64,000 nucleotides of DNA from Stylophora pistillata (lineage: Eukaryota). Where the stretch lies: positions 1,229,054 to 1,293,053 of the forward strand of contig NW_019217793.1 in NCBI RefSeq assembly GCF_002571385.2, written 5' to 3'. This document shows, one piece after another, positions 62,746 through 64,000 of the stretch (position 1 is the stretch's first letter; each line of letters begins with the position of its first letter). The position numbers were made by a program, and so were the translations under genes. The notes under the pieces are model-generated. The model was not told the origin of the DNA. It did no database searches and was given only the letters and a program-made list of their open reading frames with translations.

Positions 62746-63986
62746 TCAAGAAATTCCATTCCCTCTAAGCACTTCCCATATATTTCTCTCACAACTGAGA
62801 GTCGCTGCCTTCGCTGTACGTACTTCTTTGTTACAATTTTGAAGTTCCCCATTTATTGAGTTCAAATTCTGAACCTTAGTGTCTCTTTTATCCTGCTTCT
62901 TTGTTTTTGCACCACTGGCTGATGACGTGAGAGAGGTTTTCAGCAAAGGCATCGTCTCCTCAAGAGAGGTCAGGCATCTACACGTAAAGTCCTTGTTGTC
63001 GTTACTATTCTTTGTCACGCAATCATCTTCAGTTTGGAAATCTTGTGGCGACTTCTCTTCACCATGGCTGAATTCTAATAATTGAGACTTCGTGTTCTTC
63101 TCTGCTGTGCAAGTTTGGACGTATTCAGCGCCTCCAACATTCAAGCCTCCCTTTGCACGCAATCTCTTTAAGTTGCTAGAAGGATTTGTTTCTTGAGAAA
63201 ATTCGTTTGTCACGCAGTCTTCGTTTTTCGGACTGGGATCCTCAGAATTACAGTGGTAGCCAGACACTGCGGCTTTCTCTTCTTTCTTGTTATCTTTCGA
63301 TGGAAAAATTCCCTCTTGCTTGTGTTGTTGGTCTAGTAAAGCTTCCACTCGCACATCGCCGGACTCTTTTCTTTCTTCTGCTTCTGGAAAGTTTTCCAAA
63401 GCGTCACTCTCTGGGGATTTGTTGGCCTCATCCTCATCCGTCACGCTATCTATCTGGGTCCTTCGTTTTTCCAAGCTTTGGCTCTTTCGTTTCCTCTTTT
63501 CCGTTGAAACTCGCGCTGGAGCCTCCTCCTCCTCTCGCAACTCCTCCGTCTCTGTTTTCTCTCCCGTTTCTTTCTCGACCCGTCTTAACTTCCGAATCAA
63601 TTGCTTCTCCACTTTACACAGTAACTTCTTCTTCCACTCAATAGTCTCGGTTTTAATCCTCTCTCGAGTCTCGATGATTTTTGCACTGATCTCTGGTAAA
63701 GTTTTAGTGAGCCTTGGTGAATTGGGATTGCTGTTTCGACGCTCTCCTGACACAGGTGGCGGTCTCTTCTGTTTCTCCAGTTTGTCTAGCTCTGGACTGT
63801 CAAGAAATGCTGGGTATGGAGGAGGACCACAATGGTAAATCTCTGAATCAGAACATATTCCATGTATCCGGCTATTGTATCCATCAAAATTTCCTGAGAG
63901 GTTACCGTAACTTGAAGCAAGAGTAGGTTTTGCGATATACGGTTTTTCAACGCATGCTCCCATAAGAAAATGCTTCATTCCTTCAC
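62746..63986 (-). CDS. Terminal exon of an unidentified gene (PPPY motif, coiled coil, disordered C-terminus); the gene continues beyond the window
   Basis: 410-aa ORF preceded by acceptor gtattcag| at 63987-63988 (phase 1); CGPPPYP; helix IIETRERIKTETIEWKKKLLCKVEKQLIRKLRRVEKE. Confidence 0.7.
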
Positions 63987-64000
63987 CTGAATACTTAATG

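Noticed and set aside
63186-63838. Plus-strand ORFs 63186-63644 and 63287-63838 (and similar antisense ORFs over 12349-14618 and 60440-60884)
   Set aside because: Shadow frames opposite real coding sequence.

Overview
Eukaryotic, AT-rich genomic DNA. The repeat families and gene content suggest a cnidarian, probably a stony coral (inference). Assembly gaps: 12408 (single N), 28127-28382, 51872-52821. Left to right: (1) two tandem two-exon CALHM/FAM26-like channel genes on the minus strand, the second with a 1-nt frameshift in its C-terminal tail; (2) a ~5 kb insertion (10677-15722) with unusual hairpin termini and an 8-bp flanking direct repeat, carrying a spliced CARF(ALS2CR8)-like + MULE DDE + SWIM + Ulp1-like + PHD gene whose small exons are missing from the ORF track; (3) a 23-exon, ~2468-aa type I membrane protein gene (signal peptide, basic furin-site-rich region, LamG/pentraxin-like, CUB, nine 8-Cys MANEC/KIAA0319-N-like repeats, two WSC-like domains, TM, short basic tail); (4) a decayed rhodopsin-class GPCR, a Penelope-like element and a HEATR3-like pseudogene fragment; (5) a ~199-aa mini-paralog of the giant receptor's last repeat plus TM on the opposite strand; (6) a small single-exon type I membrane protein and the last exon of an unidentified gene. 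Introns and intergenic DNA hold many Penelope-like fragments with hammerhead-like cores, tRNA-derived repeats and MITEs. All gene models were assembled by hand from GT-AG sites and intron phase, and family calls come from motif recognition, not database searches.
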